DNA of 64,000 bases from an uncultured bacterium (GCA_963727525.1 CAVSGO010000007.1:992001-1056000), one strand, 5' to 3'. Shown: positions 1 to 11,791, counted from the stretch's first letter. Made by a program: numbers and translations. Notes: a model not told the origin generated them from the sequence alone.

Positions 1-392
1 GCCGCGTCGGCGGTGGCGCGCAGGGCCTCTTCGAGCCCCGACTGCATCTGGTCGGCGAATTCGGCCGTCCAGGTGGCGATGCGCTGCTCGGCCACGATCT
101 GCGCCTCCGCGATCTGCCCCGCGCAAGCAGCCTCGGTCTCGCCGAGGCGCCGGTCGTACTCCGACCGCAGGTCGAGATCGACCAGGTCGACGAGCTGGGC
201 CCGCTCCTCCCGGGAGAGCTGCTCGAGGACGCTGCGGTGATCGGCGAAGCCCGCTTCCGGCCGGAAGGCGCCGCCACCCTCGGTCGCCGGCGGCGGCGCG
301 GATCCCGTGGCCAGCGACCGACCGCCCAGCGACACGAAGGCCCCGTTCGCCCCCGTCGGCACGGCCAGCGGCTCAGGACACCATTTCTGCAT
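1..392 (-). CDS. fliH: Flagellar assembly protein FliH, N-terminal part (runs off window)
   Basis: Open frame from ATG 392 (MQKWCPEPLAVP...) overlapping the fliG end; helical E/A/R-rich sequence; canonical fliF-fliG-fliH order. Confidence 0.7.
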   Translation of the reverse strand, partial: MQKWCPEPLAVPTGANGAFVSLGGRSLATGSAPPPATEGGGAFRPEAGFADHRSVLEQLSREERAQLVDLVDLDLRSEYDRRLGETEAACAGQIAEAQIVAEQRIATWTAEFADQMQSGLEEALRATADA

Positions 393-1377
393 CCTTGCCG
401 CCCTTTCCGATCACGATGGTCCCGGCTTCCTCGAGACTGCGGACGACCTCGACGATGCGTTGCTGGGCCTCTTCCACCTCGCTGAGGCGTACCGGGCCCA
501 TATATTCCATGTCCTCCTTGATGCCGAGCGACGCGCGCTTGGACATGTTGTCGAAGATCTTCACCTGGATCTCCTCGGTGGCGCCCTTGAGTGCCAGCGT
601 GAGCTCCTTGCCGTCGATCTCCTTGAGGATCTCCTGGATGTACTTGTCGTTGAGGAGCACGAGGTCCTCGAACACGAACATCAGATTGTTGACCTCGTTG
701 GCGACCTCGTCGTCGATCTCGCGCATCTCGTCGAGGATCTCCTGCCAGGTCTCGCGCTCGGTCTCGTTGAGGATCTCGGCCACCTGCTTGCGGCCGCCGT
801 ACTTGCTCTTACTCGCGGTCAACTCGCCCTGGAGCTGCGAGGCCAGCACCTGCTCCACGATCTTGAGGGCCTCCTGGTTTGGCGTGTCGAGCACCGCCAT
901 GCGGTAGGCGACGTCGCCCTGCAGCTCGGCCGGGAGCAACTCCAGAATGGGGCCGCTGTCGCGCGGGTCCATGTGGGCGAGCACGACCGCGACGGTCTGC
1001 GGATGCTCGTTCTTGAGATAGTTGGCGACCGTGAGCGGGTCGAGCGTACGCAGGTGCTCGAAGCTCTTGATCTCGCTATAACTGGTGACACGGCTGAGCA
1101 TCGAGCTGGCGCGACGCGTACCGAACCCGGCCTCGAGGATCTGCTTCGCCGTCTCCTCGCCACCGAAGGCGATGCCTGCGATCTGGCCGCTGAGCGAAAT
1201 GAACTCGCCGAGGACTCCGCGCTTCTCCTTGTAGGGCACCTGACCGGCGTTGGCGATGGCGTGGGTGATCTTCTCGACGACCGCCTCCGGCAACGCCGCG
1301 ACCACCCGCCCGCCCGACTCCGGGCCGAGGGCCATGACGAGGATCGCTGCCTTGCGCACGTTGGGATTGTCAGGCAT
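373..1377 (-). CDS. fliG: Flagellar motor switch protein FliG
   Basis: RKAAILVMALG, EHPQTVA, MFVFEDL, GPVRLSEVEEAQQRIV motifs. Confidence 0.97.
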   Translation of the reverse strand: MPDNPNVRKAAILVMALGPESGGRVVAALPEAVVEKITHAIANAGQVPYKEKRGVLGEFISLSGQIAGIAFGGEETAKQILEAGFGTRRASSMLSRVTSYSEIKSFEHLRTLDPLTVANYLKNEHPQTVAVVLAHMDPRDSGPILELLPAELQGDVAYRMAVLDTPNQEALKIVEQVLASQLQGELTASKSKYGGRKQVAEILNETERETWQEILDEMREIDDEVANEVNNLMFVFEDLVLLNDKYIQEILKEIDGKELTLALKGATEEIQVKIFDNMSKRASLGIKEDMEYMGPVRLSEVEEAQQRIVEVVRSLEEAGTIVIGKGGKDAEMVS

Positions 1378-1395
1378 GCTCGACCTCGCGGCTTT

Positions 1396-2916
1396 CTAGC
1401 GACTGCCGCTGCGTTCGGGTTCGTGCAACCAGGACTGGATGACCTCGGCCACCCGATCCGGGTTCTCGGAGGCGTACTCCCGTACGTCATCGATCATCTG
1501 GTCGGTCATTTCCGGGAAGCCCTCGAAACGTTCCCCCTCCACGGTCTTGTCGGCGACCTGGCCGCCGCGGGCGGTGGTGACCGGACGGAATACCGAGTCC
1601 ACGGCCTGGGTCAGGTTCTTCTTGAAAACGAGGACCATGACGGCCAGCAGAATCACCAGCACCGCGCGTCCACCGTACTGCGCCACCAGTTCGAGCCAGC
1701 GGCCCGGCCCTGCCGGCATCCCCCCGTCGCCCAGCGCGTCGGGCGGCCCCTGGAACTGCATGTTGACGACCTCGATCTGGTCGCCGCGGGTGGTGTTCAG
1801 CCCCAAGGCGGTCTGGACCACGCGTTTGATCTGGTCGAGTTCCTCGGTGCTGCGCGGCTGGTAGGCGGGGTCGCCGCCGCCGGCCGGAGCCTCGTAGCGC
1901 CCGTCCACGAACACGGCCACCGAGAGCGCCTTGAGTCCACCCGTCTGGCCGACGATGCGCTCGACTGTCTGATTGATCTCGTAGTTCGTGACGTTCGACG
2001 CGTCGCCGCCGCCGGTCTGCGGATCGGTGGTCTCGTGCCGTTCCTCGGACCTTACCACCGGCGCCTTGGGGTCGTAGCTCGTGCGTTCGGTATCGATCTT
2101 CTCGAAATTCAGCGTGGCGTCCACGCGCACCAGCGAGCGACCGTCGCCAAGCACGCCGGCAAGCATCGTCTGAGCCTTCTCCGCGAGATAGGCCTCCACG
2201 TCCTTCTTGAGCCCGAGCTGACCCTCCGTCTGACCGACTCCCTCGTCGGCGTACGCACTCGAGAGCACCTTGCCAGACTGGTCCAGAACGGTGACGGCGT
2301 CCGCCTGGAGCCCCTCGACGCTTCCGGCCACGAGCGCCTGGATGCCCGTGATCTGATGCTCGCTGAGGCGGTTCGCCCGGCCCATGCCTAGCACGACCGA
2401 TGCCGTCGGTTCGGACGCCAGCTTGCGGAAGATCGACGGCTTCGGCATGACCAGGTGCACCCGAGCCGAGGTGATTCCCTCCAGCCCCTCGATCGTCTTC
2501 GTCAGCTCGCCCTCGAGCGCGCGCTTGAAGTTCACGTCCTGCAAGAAGTCGGTGAGCCCGTACTGCTGACCGTCGAAGATCTCGAAGCCCACGATTCCGC
2601 TCGACGGAACACCCTTGGCCGCCAGGTCCACGCGCAAACGCGAGACCTGCTGTTCGGGGACCATGATCGTGGTGCCGCCGTTGGTCAGCTCGGACTGGAC
2701 GTCCTGTTTCGCCAGTTCCTGCAGCGCCGACTGCGCATCCTGTGGCGACAGGTTCGTGAAGAGAACCGCCATGGAATCCTTCTGCAGCCAGAGACTGAAG
2801 GCCACGGTGCTGACGATGGCCGCCGCCACCACCACCACCAGCGTCAGCTTCTGGTTGAAGGTCAGTCCGCCGAGCTTGCTCTTGGCGGTCTCGAGTGTCT
2901 GCCTGAACCCGTCCAC
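1396..2916 (-). CDS. fliF: Flagellar MS-ring protein FliF
   Basis: Two TM segments; GFEIFD, RALEGEL, ARVHLVMP, PTASV motifs. Confidence 0.97.
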   Translation of the reverse strand: MDGFRQTLETAKSKLGGLTFNQKLTLVVVVAAAIVSTVAFSLWLQKDSMAVLFTNLSPQDAQSALQELAKQDVQSELTNGGTTIMVPEQQVSRLRVDLAAKGVPSSGIVGFEIFDGQQYGLTDFLQDVNFKRALEGELTKTIEGLEGITSARVHLVMPKPSIFRKLASEPTASVVLGMGRANRLSEHQITGIQALVAGSVEGLQADAVTVLDQSGKVLSSAYADEGVGQTEGQLGLKKDVEAYLAEKAQTMLAGVLGDGRSLVRVDATLNFEKIDTERTSYDPKAPVVRSEERHETTDPQTGGGDASNVTNYEINQTVERIVGQTGGLKALSVAVFVDGRYEAPAGGGDPAYQPRSTEELDQIKRVVQTALGLNTTRGDQIEVVNMQFQGPPDALGDGGMPAGPGRWLELVAQYGGRAVLVILLAVMVLVFKKNLTQAVDSVFRPVTTARGGQVADKTVEGERFEGFPEMTDQMIDDVREYASENPDRVAEVIQSWLHEPERSGSR

Positions 2917-2950
2917 GTTGCGTCCTTTGCTGTCGTTCCCTCAGGCGTCG

Positions 2951-3250
2951 TCACACCTGCATGCGCATGATTTCCTGGTACGATTCGAGGAGCTTGTTCC
3001 GAACCTCGAGCATCAGGTCGAACGAGAGCTGCGCCTCTTCCGCGGTGGTCATGATCTCCTCGACGCCGATCTGGTCGCCGCGGATCATCGACTGCACCTG
3101 CTCGTCGCGCGCGACCTGAGCGTTCTGAACCCCCTGCACAGCCGACTTGAGCTGGTCGGCAAACGATACCGCCGGCTTCGCCTGCGCCTGGCCGGCGTAG
3201 ATGGCGCGCGGATCGATCGAACCCAGCGAACGAATTCCATTCACCGCCAC
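2951..3250 (-). CDS. fliE: Hook-basal body protein FliE
   Basis: C-terminal EVRNKLLESYQEIMRMQV. Confidence 0.96.
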   Translation of the reverse strand: MAVNGIRSLGSIDPRAIYAGQAQAKPAVSFADQLKSAVQGVQNAQVARDEQVQSMIRGDQIGVEEIMTTAEEAQLSFDLMLEVRNKLLESYQEIMRMQV

Positions 3251-3265
3251 CGGTCACCTCCCCCG

Positions 3266-3775
3266 CTAGATCTTCAGTGCCTGGGTGAACATGTCCTTTG
3301 CCGATTGCACCGCGCTCAGATTCGCCTCGTAGGCGCGGCTAGCGGCGATCATGTCGACCATCTCCGTGACCACGTCGACATTGGGCATCATCACGTATCC
3401 CTCCTCGTCGGCGTCCGGATGGCCAGGGTCGTAGACCATGCGGAAGTCGGACGCATCGGGCGCCGTGGTCACCTCGGAGCTGATCGCGGGCACCGACGTC
3501 GCTTCCTGCTCGCGCAGACCGCCGAGATGGCCCGGTTGCGTGCGCGCCAGCGTCTCGCGCTGGGCCACCAGCGACGACGCGCGCTCGTGCACGGCCTGGA
3601 CCCGGTTCTGCAGCACCTCGTGGAACACCGCGCGCTGCCGGCGGTACGGCGTGCCGTCCTCGGTGTGCGTGGTCTCGGCGTTTGCCAGATTGCGCGCCAC
3701 CACGTCCATCTTGACGCGCTGCCCGCGCAGCCCGCTGGCGCTGGTCTGGATCCCGGCGAAGAGTCCCTTGCTCAT
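3266..3775 (-). CDS. flgC: Basal-body rod protein FlgC
   Basis: NLANAETT, PYRRQ, YDPGHPDA, PNVDVVTEMVDMIAASRAYEAN. Confidence 0.97.
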   Translation of the reverse strand: MSKGLFAGIQTSASGLRGQRVKMDVVARNLANAETTHTEDGTPYRRQRAVFHEVLQNRVQAVHERASSLVAQRETLARTQPGHLGGLREQEATSVPAISSEVTTAPDASDFRMVYDPGHPDADEEGYVMMPNVDVVTEMVDMIAASRAYEANLSAVQSAKDMFTQALKI

Positions 3776-3788
3776 GGGTCATCCCTTC

Positions 3789-4199
3789 CTAGACGCTGCG
3801 ACCGCGGATCGCGCCCCGCAGCATGCTGTAACGCATGGTGAGCAGCCGGGTGGTCAGGCGGTAGGTGAGATCGTTCGTCGCGAGATCGGTCATCTCGTGA
3901 TCGATGTCCACGTTGTTCGTTCCGTTGTCGAAAGCGCTGGCGGTCTCGCGTACTTCGCCGCTCGTATCGTCGATGCCACGCGCGCCGATGGCCAGGTGCT
4001 GCTGGTGCGTTCGCGTGCCCGCAATCCGCGCCTGGGCACCGCTGAGGAGATCCTCGAAACGGTATTCCTGCGCCCGGTAGCCCTGGGTGTCGATGTTGGC
4101 GACGTTCTCGGAGATCACCTCGTGGCGCCGGGCGTAGACGCCCACGGCCCGCTTGAGGTCGTTCAGGTGTTCATGCGAGAAGATGCCGGTCATGCTCAT
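3789..4199 (-). CDS. flgB: Basal-body rod protein FlgB
   Basis: NVANIDTQGY and NNVDIDHEM motifs; upstream of flgC. Confidence 0.95.
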   Translation of the reverse strand: MSMTGIFSHEHLNDLKRAVGVYARRHEVISENVANIDTQGYRAQEYRFEDLLSGAQARIAGTRTHQQHLAIGARGIDDTSGEVRETASAFDNGTNNVDIDHEMTDLATNDLTYRLTTRLLTMRYSMLRGAIRGRSV

Positions 4200-4203
4200 G
4201 GTC

Positions 4204-5577
4204 CTAGCTCGGGATGGTCACGCCGAGCTCGTGGTACAGGTTCAGCTTGTTGCGCAACGTCCGGACACTGATGCCCAGTTCCGTGGCAGCCTGAGTGCGA
4301 TTCCCGGCCGTTTTGCGGAGCTTCCGCAAGATCAGTTCCTGCTCCATCTCCCGCAGCGTGAGATCTCCGCCCAGGGTCGCCGGCGTCTCAGCCACATGGT
4401 CGATCTCGTCGTTCAGCCCGAGCAGCGCCTCTTCCATCTCACCGCCCTGGCTCATGATCACGGCGCGCTCGACCACGTTCTGGAGCTGACGCACGTTGCC
4501 GGGCCAATCGAGCATCGTCAGGACGTGCAACGCGCGGTCGGTCACCGCGAGCACGGGTTTCCCGTTCTCGGCGCAGAAGGTTTGCACGAAGTGGTGCACG
4601 AGGATGGGGATGTCGGCCTTGCGGTCGCGCAGCGGCGCGAGATGGAGGGGAATGACGTTGAGGCGGAAGAAGAGGTCCTCGCGAAATTCCTTCTGCAGGA
4701 TCGCTTCCTTGAGATTGCGATTCGACGTGGCGATGATCCGCACGTCGGTGCGCGTGGCCGCCCGCGCCCCCAGCCGCGTGAACTCGCGTTCCTGCAAGAC
4801 ACGCAGCAGCTTGGCCTGCATGGCGCACGGCATCTCGCTGATCTCGTCGAGCAGCAGCGTGCCGCCGTTGGCCAGCTCGAACTTGCCCGCCCGCGCCTGC
4901 ACCGCACCGGTGAATGCGCCGCGCTCGTAGCCGAACAGCTCACCCTCGAGCAGAGTCTCGGGAATGGCCGCGCAATTGAGGCGGATGAACGGCGCCTCGC
5001 GGCGTGAGCTGGCGAGGTGGATGGCGCGCGCCGCCACCTCCTTGCCCGTGCCGCTTTCGCCCTGCAGCAGCACCGTGCCGCGGCTGTCGGCGATCATCTC
5101 GATGCGCTCTCGCATCTTCACCATGGCGGGGCTGCTGCCCAGCAGGCCCAGGTGTTTGCGCTGGTTCTGCAGCGACGTGCGCAACGTCCGGTTCTCCTGG
5201 CGCAGCGCGCGCAGCTCGAAAGCCCGCGTGAGCGTGTGCTCGAGCTGCTCCATGCCGAAGGGTTTCGTGAGGTAGTCCACGGCGCCGCACTTCGTGGCCT
5301 CGACAGCCTCCTTGATCGTGCCGAAAGCGGTCATCATGACGACCAGCGGCGGCTCGGGGATCTCGCTCTGGATCGCCGCGAGCAGGTTGAGCCCATCGCC
5401 GCCGGGCATGCGAACGTCCGACAGCACGAGGTCCACGGACTGGGTCTTCAGCCGCGCCAGAGCCTCGACACCATTGCTCGCAGTGGCCACCTGGTAGCGA
5501 CCGTTCATCGATGCGCTCAGGAACTCGCGCATGGTCTGCTCGTCGTCCACCACCAGAATGCTCGGTTTCTTCGCCAT
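4204..5577 (-). CDS. Sigma54-dependent response regulator (REC-AAA+-HTH), FlgR/FleR/FlrC-like
   Basis: REC with acceptor Asp (LSDVRMP), Walker A GESGTGKE, GAFTGA, Walker B LLLDEI, C-terminal NRTQAATELGIS HTH. Confidence 0.93.
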   Translation of the reverse strand: MAKKPSILVVDDEQTMREFLSASMNGRYQVATASNGVEALARLKTQSVDLVLSDVRMPGGDGLNLLAAIQSEIPEPPLVVMMTAFGTIKEAVEATKCGAVDYLTKPFGMEQLEHTLTRAFELRALRQENRTLRTSLQNQRKHLGLLGSSPAMVKMRERIEMIADSRGTVLLQGESGTGKEVAARAIHLASSRREAPFIRLNCAAIPETLLEGELFGYERGAFTGAVQARAGKFELANGGTLLLDEISEMPCAMQAKLLRVLQEREFTRLGARAATRTDVRIIATSNRNLKEAILQKEFREDLFFRLNVIPLHLAPLRDRKADIPILVHHFVQTFCAENGKPVLAVTDRALHVLTMLDWPGNVRQLQNVVERAVIMSQGGEMEEALLGLNDEIDHVAETPATLGGDLTLREMEQELILRKLRKTAGNRTQAATELGISVRTLRNKLNLYHELGVTIPS

Positions 5578-5594
5578 GTTCTTCCCTTCTGCGC

Positions 5595-6347
5595 TCAATC
5601 GCCGAACGCGGCCGCGGTATCCGGCCAGCCGACCTCGAGTGTCACCACGGTGCCCGACCCGGGCGCGCTACGCAGTCCCCAGCCGAGCCCATACATGTCC
5701 ATGATCGTATCGACGCGGGCCAGACCGATGCCCAGGTGTCCGTCTCGCGTGGTCACGAACGGATCCATGGCCTGCGGCAGCAGTTCGGGCGCGATGCCCG
5801 GACCGTCATCCGCCAGCGCCACATAGAGGTGGCCATCGCCCGCCTGACCGGTCTCGACGGTCACCGTCACCTCGCCGGACCGGCTCTCGGCGCTGTTCGC
5901 GAAGATCTCCTGGAGCACGAGTTCGAGATCGCGCACGGGCAGTAGCAACTGTCCGCCCAGCGCGGGCCGGTTCGCCACTCGCAGATTGGTATGGCGCGAT
6001 TGCGCCATCGTGATCGCCCGATGCACGGCCACGTCCGGCTGGTCGTCGCCCAGCGTCTGCTGCTCTGGAAACGCCATGTCCTGTACCGACCGGTAGATCG
6101 TCTCCAGCCTCTCGACCTCGGCGATGATTTTGCGCGCCCAGACCTGGGGGCGGGACGCCTCGTCCGGTCCGCGCGCGATCAGGCTCGCATATCCCTTGAT
6201 GCCGCACAGGCTGTTGCTGGTCTTGTGCAGGTACCCGTGCAGCAGACGGCCCCGGCAGTCGGTCGCACTGCCGGCGGGCCGTTCCCATGCGGACACCATC
6301 GGGGTCTCTGCCATCAGCAAGGTGTCACCTGGCCCGTTCGTGGTCAT
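5595..6347 (-). CDS. Short cytoplasmic histidine kinase-like protein (DHp + HATPase), no sensor domain, atypical H-box
   Basis: H-box YLHKTSNSL, N-box QEIFANSAES, G1 DDGPGI, F-box DPFVTT, G2 GHLGIGL; ATGA overlap with upstream gene. Confidence 0.8.
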   Translation of the reverse strand: MTTNGPGDTLLMAETPMVSAWERPAGSATDCRGRLLHGYLHKTSNSLCGIKGYASLIARGPDEASRPQVWARKIIAEVERLETIYRSVQDMAFPEQQTLGDDQPDVAVHRAITMAQSRHTNLRVANRPALGGQLLLPVRDLELVLQEIFANSAESRSGEVTVTVETGQAGDGHLYVALADDGPGIAPELLPQAMDPFVTTRDGHLGIGLARVDTIMDMYGLGWGLRSAPGSGTVVTLEVGWPDTAAAFGD

Positions 6348-6733
6348 CGGGCGTGCTCGAGCAGCACGCGGTCGTTCTCTTCCTCGCACTGCAGGATGTC
6401 CTCGATGAGCTGTCCCACATCCTGCAGAGCCCGGTGGAGGCTGGCGCGGCTCGCGGCGCTCCACTGGTCGCGGCCCTCGCGCCAGCGGTTCTTCGCCAAC
6501 CCTTCCGAGCTCTCCAGCCTGCCGATCGCCTCGAGGCGCCGCTTCTTGTCCTGCAATAGCCGCCGGACCTCGCCCAGCGAGCGCCCGGATCCGATGGCGT
6601 CCCCCTGGCGGCGCGAGATCGACAGCACCTCGCCATACAGACGCAGTTCCTCTTCGTAGAGGCCGAGGAGACGGTCCAGCAGTTGACGCTCTTCGCGGGC
6701 GAGGTCAGGGCTGATAGAGACTGGCCGTGCCAT
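6344..6733 (-). CDS. Small helical protein, FlgN/FliT-like chaperone fold suspected
   Basis: 129 aa amphipathic helices (LYEEELRLYGEVLSISRRQ...LLQDKKRRLEAI); translationally coupled to the kinase gene. Confidence 0.55.
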   Translation of the reverse strand: MARPVSISPDLAREERQLLDRLLGLYEEELRLYGEVLSISRRQGDAIGSGRSLGEVRRLLQDKKRRLEAIGRLESSEGLAKNRWREGRDQWSAASRASLHRALQDVGQLIEDILQCEEENDRVLLEHAR

Positions 6734-7799
6734 GCGTCGCCCCCTCCTCGCGAATCCGGTTGATGTCGTCGGCGAGGCTCGCCATCTCGCAGGCGAAGCT
6801 GCGCCAGGGATCGGCGAGCGGGTCGTCGCACAGCTCGCCGTACACGGCGCCCGCGCGCTGATGGCGGCCGGCCAGCAAGTCGTAGTTGGCGAGCTGCAGG
6901 CGCGCCCAGCGACTGGCCCCGGGCAACGTCGACGCGGCCAGCGCCTTGTAGAGCGGCTCCGCCGCGGTCGCATCGCCCGTGAGGAAGAGCAGGTCGGGCA
7001 CAGCCACGAGGAACCACGTGCGCTGGCTCTCCGTCAGACCGTACGAGAGTCCGCCCTGGGGCAACAGCGTGCGAGCCGTGGTCAGGCTGGCCTCCCACGC
7101 GCCCAGGGCGCTCAGCGCGTAGGCCTGCCAGAACACGAGACGACCGCTGTGAGCTGTGGTGTCGGCCGCCATGGTCCGCGTGAGCAGACGCAGGTTCGCC
7201 TCGTCGCGACGCCCAAGCAGGAAGCGGTAGGCTACGATCAGCTCACTCTCCCGACCCTGGAATCGCCGGGTGCCGAGCACGTTGAGGAGGTGCTGGATCA
7301 CGGCCACGGAATCTTCCACGGCCGCGGCCGTCGCAAGCGACTCGGTGGCGATCTCGCTTGTGAAGTCGCCGTCGCTGTCGCGCGCGGCCGCATTGTCGTA
7401 CCACACGAGGGCGGAGTCGAACTCGGCCAGATGGCGGTAGTTGCGGGCCAGGTTGAGCGCGTGCAACGCGGTCATTCCCGTGGCATCGCGCAGGAGCCGC
7501 GGCTGCTTCTCGAAGGATGCGAGCGCGCGGCCGATAGCGATGAGTTGCAGGGGATCGCCCGCGGCCTCGGGGACGAACTCCTGCCCGAAGGGATAGAGCA
7601 GACGCCCCTCGTCCTGATCGGCGGCCGCTCGCGCCGCCAGGGTCTGCGTCACGGCGTGCAACCATTCGAGGTAGCCGTCGCTCTCGACGGCCGTCAGGCC
7701 GGCGCCCCGCCCGATCTGCGGCAGCGCCGCCAGTATGAGCAGCGCGAGTATGAGCCACCTATTGCGTCCTGGTGCTTGTGCGAGCCGATGCCGGTGCAA
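6705..7799 (-). CDS. Exported TPR-like protein, unknown function
   Basis: TTG start after GGAGGGG; signal-like RNRWLILALLILAALP; TPR-like helices (LARNYRHLAEFDSALVWY, WQAYALSALGAWEAS). Confidence 0.65.
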   Translation of the reverse strand: MHRHRLAQAPGRNRWLILALLILAALPQIGRGAGLTAVESDGYLEWLHAVTQTLAARAAADQDEGRLLYPFGQEFVPEAAGDPLQLIAIGRALASFEKQPRLLRDATGMTALHALNLARNYRHLAEFDSALVWYDNAAARDSDGDFTSEIATESLATAAAVEDSVAVIQHLLNVLGTRRFQGRESELIVAYRFLLGRRDEANLRLLTRTMAADTTAHSGRLVFWQAYALSALGAWEASLTTARTLLPQGGLSYGLTESQRTWFLVAVPDLLFLTGDATAAEPLYKALAASTLPGASRWARLQLANYDLLAGRHQRAGAVYGELCDDPLADPWRSFACEMASLADDINRIREEGATHGTASLYQP

Positions 7800-7838
7800 T
7801 GCGTCCCCTCCCGGGATGTCTGGTTGCCGGCCGCCAGC

Positions 7839-7853
7839 GCAAACGGCGTGCCT
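7839..7853 (-). promoter_or_regulatory. Sigma54 -24/-12 promoter for the TPR...flgBC-fliEFGH operon
   Basis: AGGCAC-GCCGT-TTGC on the minus strand, about 40 bp before the TTG start. Confidence 0.75.
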
Positions 7854-7953
7854 GCCGAGGCGGCAACCTCGTCCGGGTACGAGTGTCGATACCGGCGGTC
7901 TCGTGCCTCGGGTACGCGGTTCAACATCCGTGGCGACAGGCAGTTGGAGCGGA

Positions 7954-7968
7954 CGGCAAGATTTGCCG
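7954..7968. promoter_or_regulatory. Putative activator binding site CGGCAA-N3-TTGCCG
   Basis: Perfect inverted repeat CGGCAA GAT TTGCCG about 100 bp upstream of the sigma54 promoter; recurs at 14495 and 30296. Confidence 0.65.
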
Positions 7969-8069
7969 GGAACGCATGGGCCCGCCCTGCCGCCGTGTCG
8001 GCGACCGGGCGGGCCATCGATGAGGTCAACCTCCACGCACCGGTGGATGGATTGTGGGCAACCCCGTGG

Positions 8070-9493
<1,424 letters not shown>

Positions 9494-9497
<4 letters not shown>

Positions 9498-11743
9498 GAC
9501 GCCTCCTCGGCTCGCGCTCGCGCGCCGGCCGTGTTCTGGCGAGGCAGCAGCACCCGCATGCGCGTGACGTCGCCGTCACGCTCCGCACGGATCTCCCCGC
9601 CGTGGGCGGTCACGACCTTCTGGCTGATCGCCAGGCCGAGACCGGTTCCGGTATTCTTGGTGGTGAAGAAGGGGCGAAACAGCGCCTCGACCGCGATGTC
9701 GCCGAAGCCCGGCCCGTCGTCCTCGACGACGATCTCCAGCCCCGCGCCCAGCCGCCGTACCCCGTCGGCACAATTGGCGAGCACGAGCTGGGGACGATCG
9801 CGAAGCCGTACGACCACGTGACCGCCGTCCGGCACCGCATCGATGGCGTTGATGACGAGATTCAGCAGCACCTGCTTGATCTGCACCGGGTCCACGTCGA
9901 TCGCCCCGGCGGCCTCGCCCTCTGCCGCGACCGCGACGTTCGCCGCCATGGCGCGCGGGCGTGCGAGGGCAATGCAGTCGCGCACCAGCCCGTCGACGTT
10001 CACCATCCGCCGCTGCGGCGCGTACGGTCGCACGAACTGGAGCATGCGCGTGATCGTCTGCTCGATGCGTTCGATCTCGGCGGTGATCACGTCGAGGTAG
10101 CGCTTGCGCGGGTCGTCCCCCGGCAGGTGCTCGGCGAGCAGTTCCGCCTGGGCGCTCAGGCCCATGAGCGGGTTGCGGATCTCGTGCGCGAGCGTGGCCG
10201 ACATCTCCACGAGACCCTCGAGTCGTTCCGCACGCAGCCGGGCCGCCTCGGCTCGGTGCGCCTCGCGCAGATCCTCAGCCACGACAAGCAACCAGCGTTC
10301 GTCGCCCCAGCGTCCCGGCATCGGCGAAGCGTGCACCTGCACGGGTACCGCCTCGCCGTCGCGGCCGACGAGGCTCCCGGTGCCCTGGAATGGCGCAGGG
10401 CTCCGGAACAGGACAGGGAACGGCACCTCCGCCATGGCATCGAGCCGGAGCCGCCGGTCGAGAAAGATCTCCGGCAGTTCCTCGCAATCCACGCCCGCGG
10501 GCTGCGCCCGCTCCTCGCCGCGCCCTCGCCCCACGGTGAAGACACCGGCCGGGTCGGCTGTCTCCACGGCGCTCGCCGCGCCCAGGAGCACTCGCGCTGC
10601 GCGGTTGACGTAGATCGTACGCCCACGTTCGTCGCAGACCCAGATGGCCGCCCGCACGGTCTCGAGGACCCGCGTGTTGAAGGCACCGATCTCGCGCAGT
10701 CGATCGAGCATCTGCGCGCCCGCCACCTCCTCCGAGAGCACCACCTGCACCATCTGCAGGAACGGCAGCAAGCTCGCCGCGCGCGCCTCCCGCTCGGTAG
10801 CGGTCGCGTAGAGCAGCAGCAGGAACCCCAGCCGCACGCCCTGGTGCTCCAGCGGCAGCGCCATGATGCGCCCCGCACCCGCCGAACCGTCCCGCGCCAC
10901 GGCGAAGATCCCTGGTGCCAGCAGGCACTCGGCCACGTCGCCGTCGACCTGGCGGTTGAGATTGAGCAGCACCTTGTCCCAGGAGCTCTCGTCCCAGCGG
11001 TACGTCTGCCGGGGCGCGTAGTCGCCGCCCGACGCGGCACGCAGGACCACGGCCGTTCCGACGGCACCCACGAACTCCGCGAGGTACTCGAGAAAGCCAC
11101 GCAACGTCGCGTCCCAGTTGCTGGCGGTGCTCAGGTCCCGCCCCAGCCGGTAGAGCAGGGAAAGCTGCGACATGTGAGTGGAGAGCCGGCTGTTGGCGTC
11201 CTCGAGATCGAGCTGCGTCTGCAGAAGCGCCTCAGCCTCGTGCGCGACCTCGTCGCGCACCCGGCGTCGCTGGGCGTGGAGGAGTTCCTGCGCCGACCTC
11301 GCCTCGCGTCGCACCGACTCCTTCGTCGCGCGCGTGGCGACCGGATCGCCGCCGCGCCGGAACAGGGCGCGCCAGGTGCCCCGGTCCGCGCGTGCGGGCA
11401 CGACGTCATGGGCTCCGGTCCGCAGGAGGGCGGCACACTGCGCGGCGGACATCTGGCCCCCCACGATCACGACGCGCACCTGGGGATGGCCTCGCCGAAG
11501 CGACCGCACCCACGCCTCGACCTCCGTCCAGTCGCCCTCCGGCGCCACGTGCGACCCGTCCACGACGACCCACGCCTCGTATGGCGCCCGGGCGCCCAGA
11601 GCACGGCGGCACGCGCGCAGGGAGGAATAGGTCGTGGGGTCGCTCCCGCGATGACCGCGCCCGCTCAGCCAATCGGCCCGGCCCACGCCGCAGGCATCGG
11701 CGGGAAGGCTGAGATCGTCGGGCAGGACGGCGCGCGGTGGCAC
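9494..11743 (-). CDS. Cytoplasmic sensor histidine kinase (degenerate REC, GAF-like, PAS, HisKA, HATPase)
   Basis: LAHEIRNPL, NLVINA, DDGPG, FFTTK, GTGLGL; PAS-like IWVCDERGRTIYVN; overlaps the response regulator start. Confidence 0.9.
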
Positions 11744-11791
11744 GAAGGCTCTCTCTCGGGGTGAAGACGGGCTCGCAAACGGGCGAGGCCA

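Noticed and set aside
307-2391. 694-aa plus-strand ORF and many similar long ORFs (6732-8927, 9602-11764, 37905-39458, 59575-61077)
   Set aside because: Antisense shadows of well-supported genes, expected in high-GC DNA; no recognisable domains.
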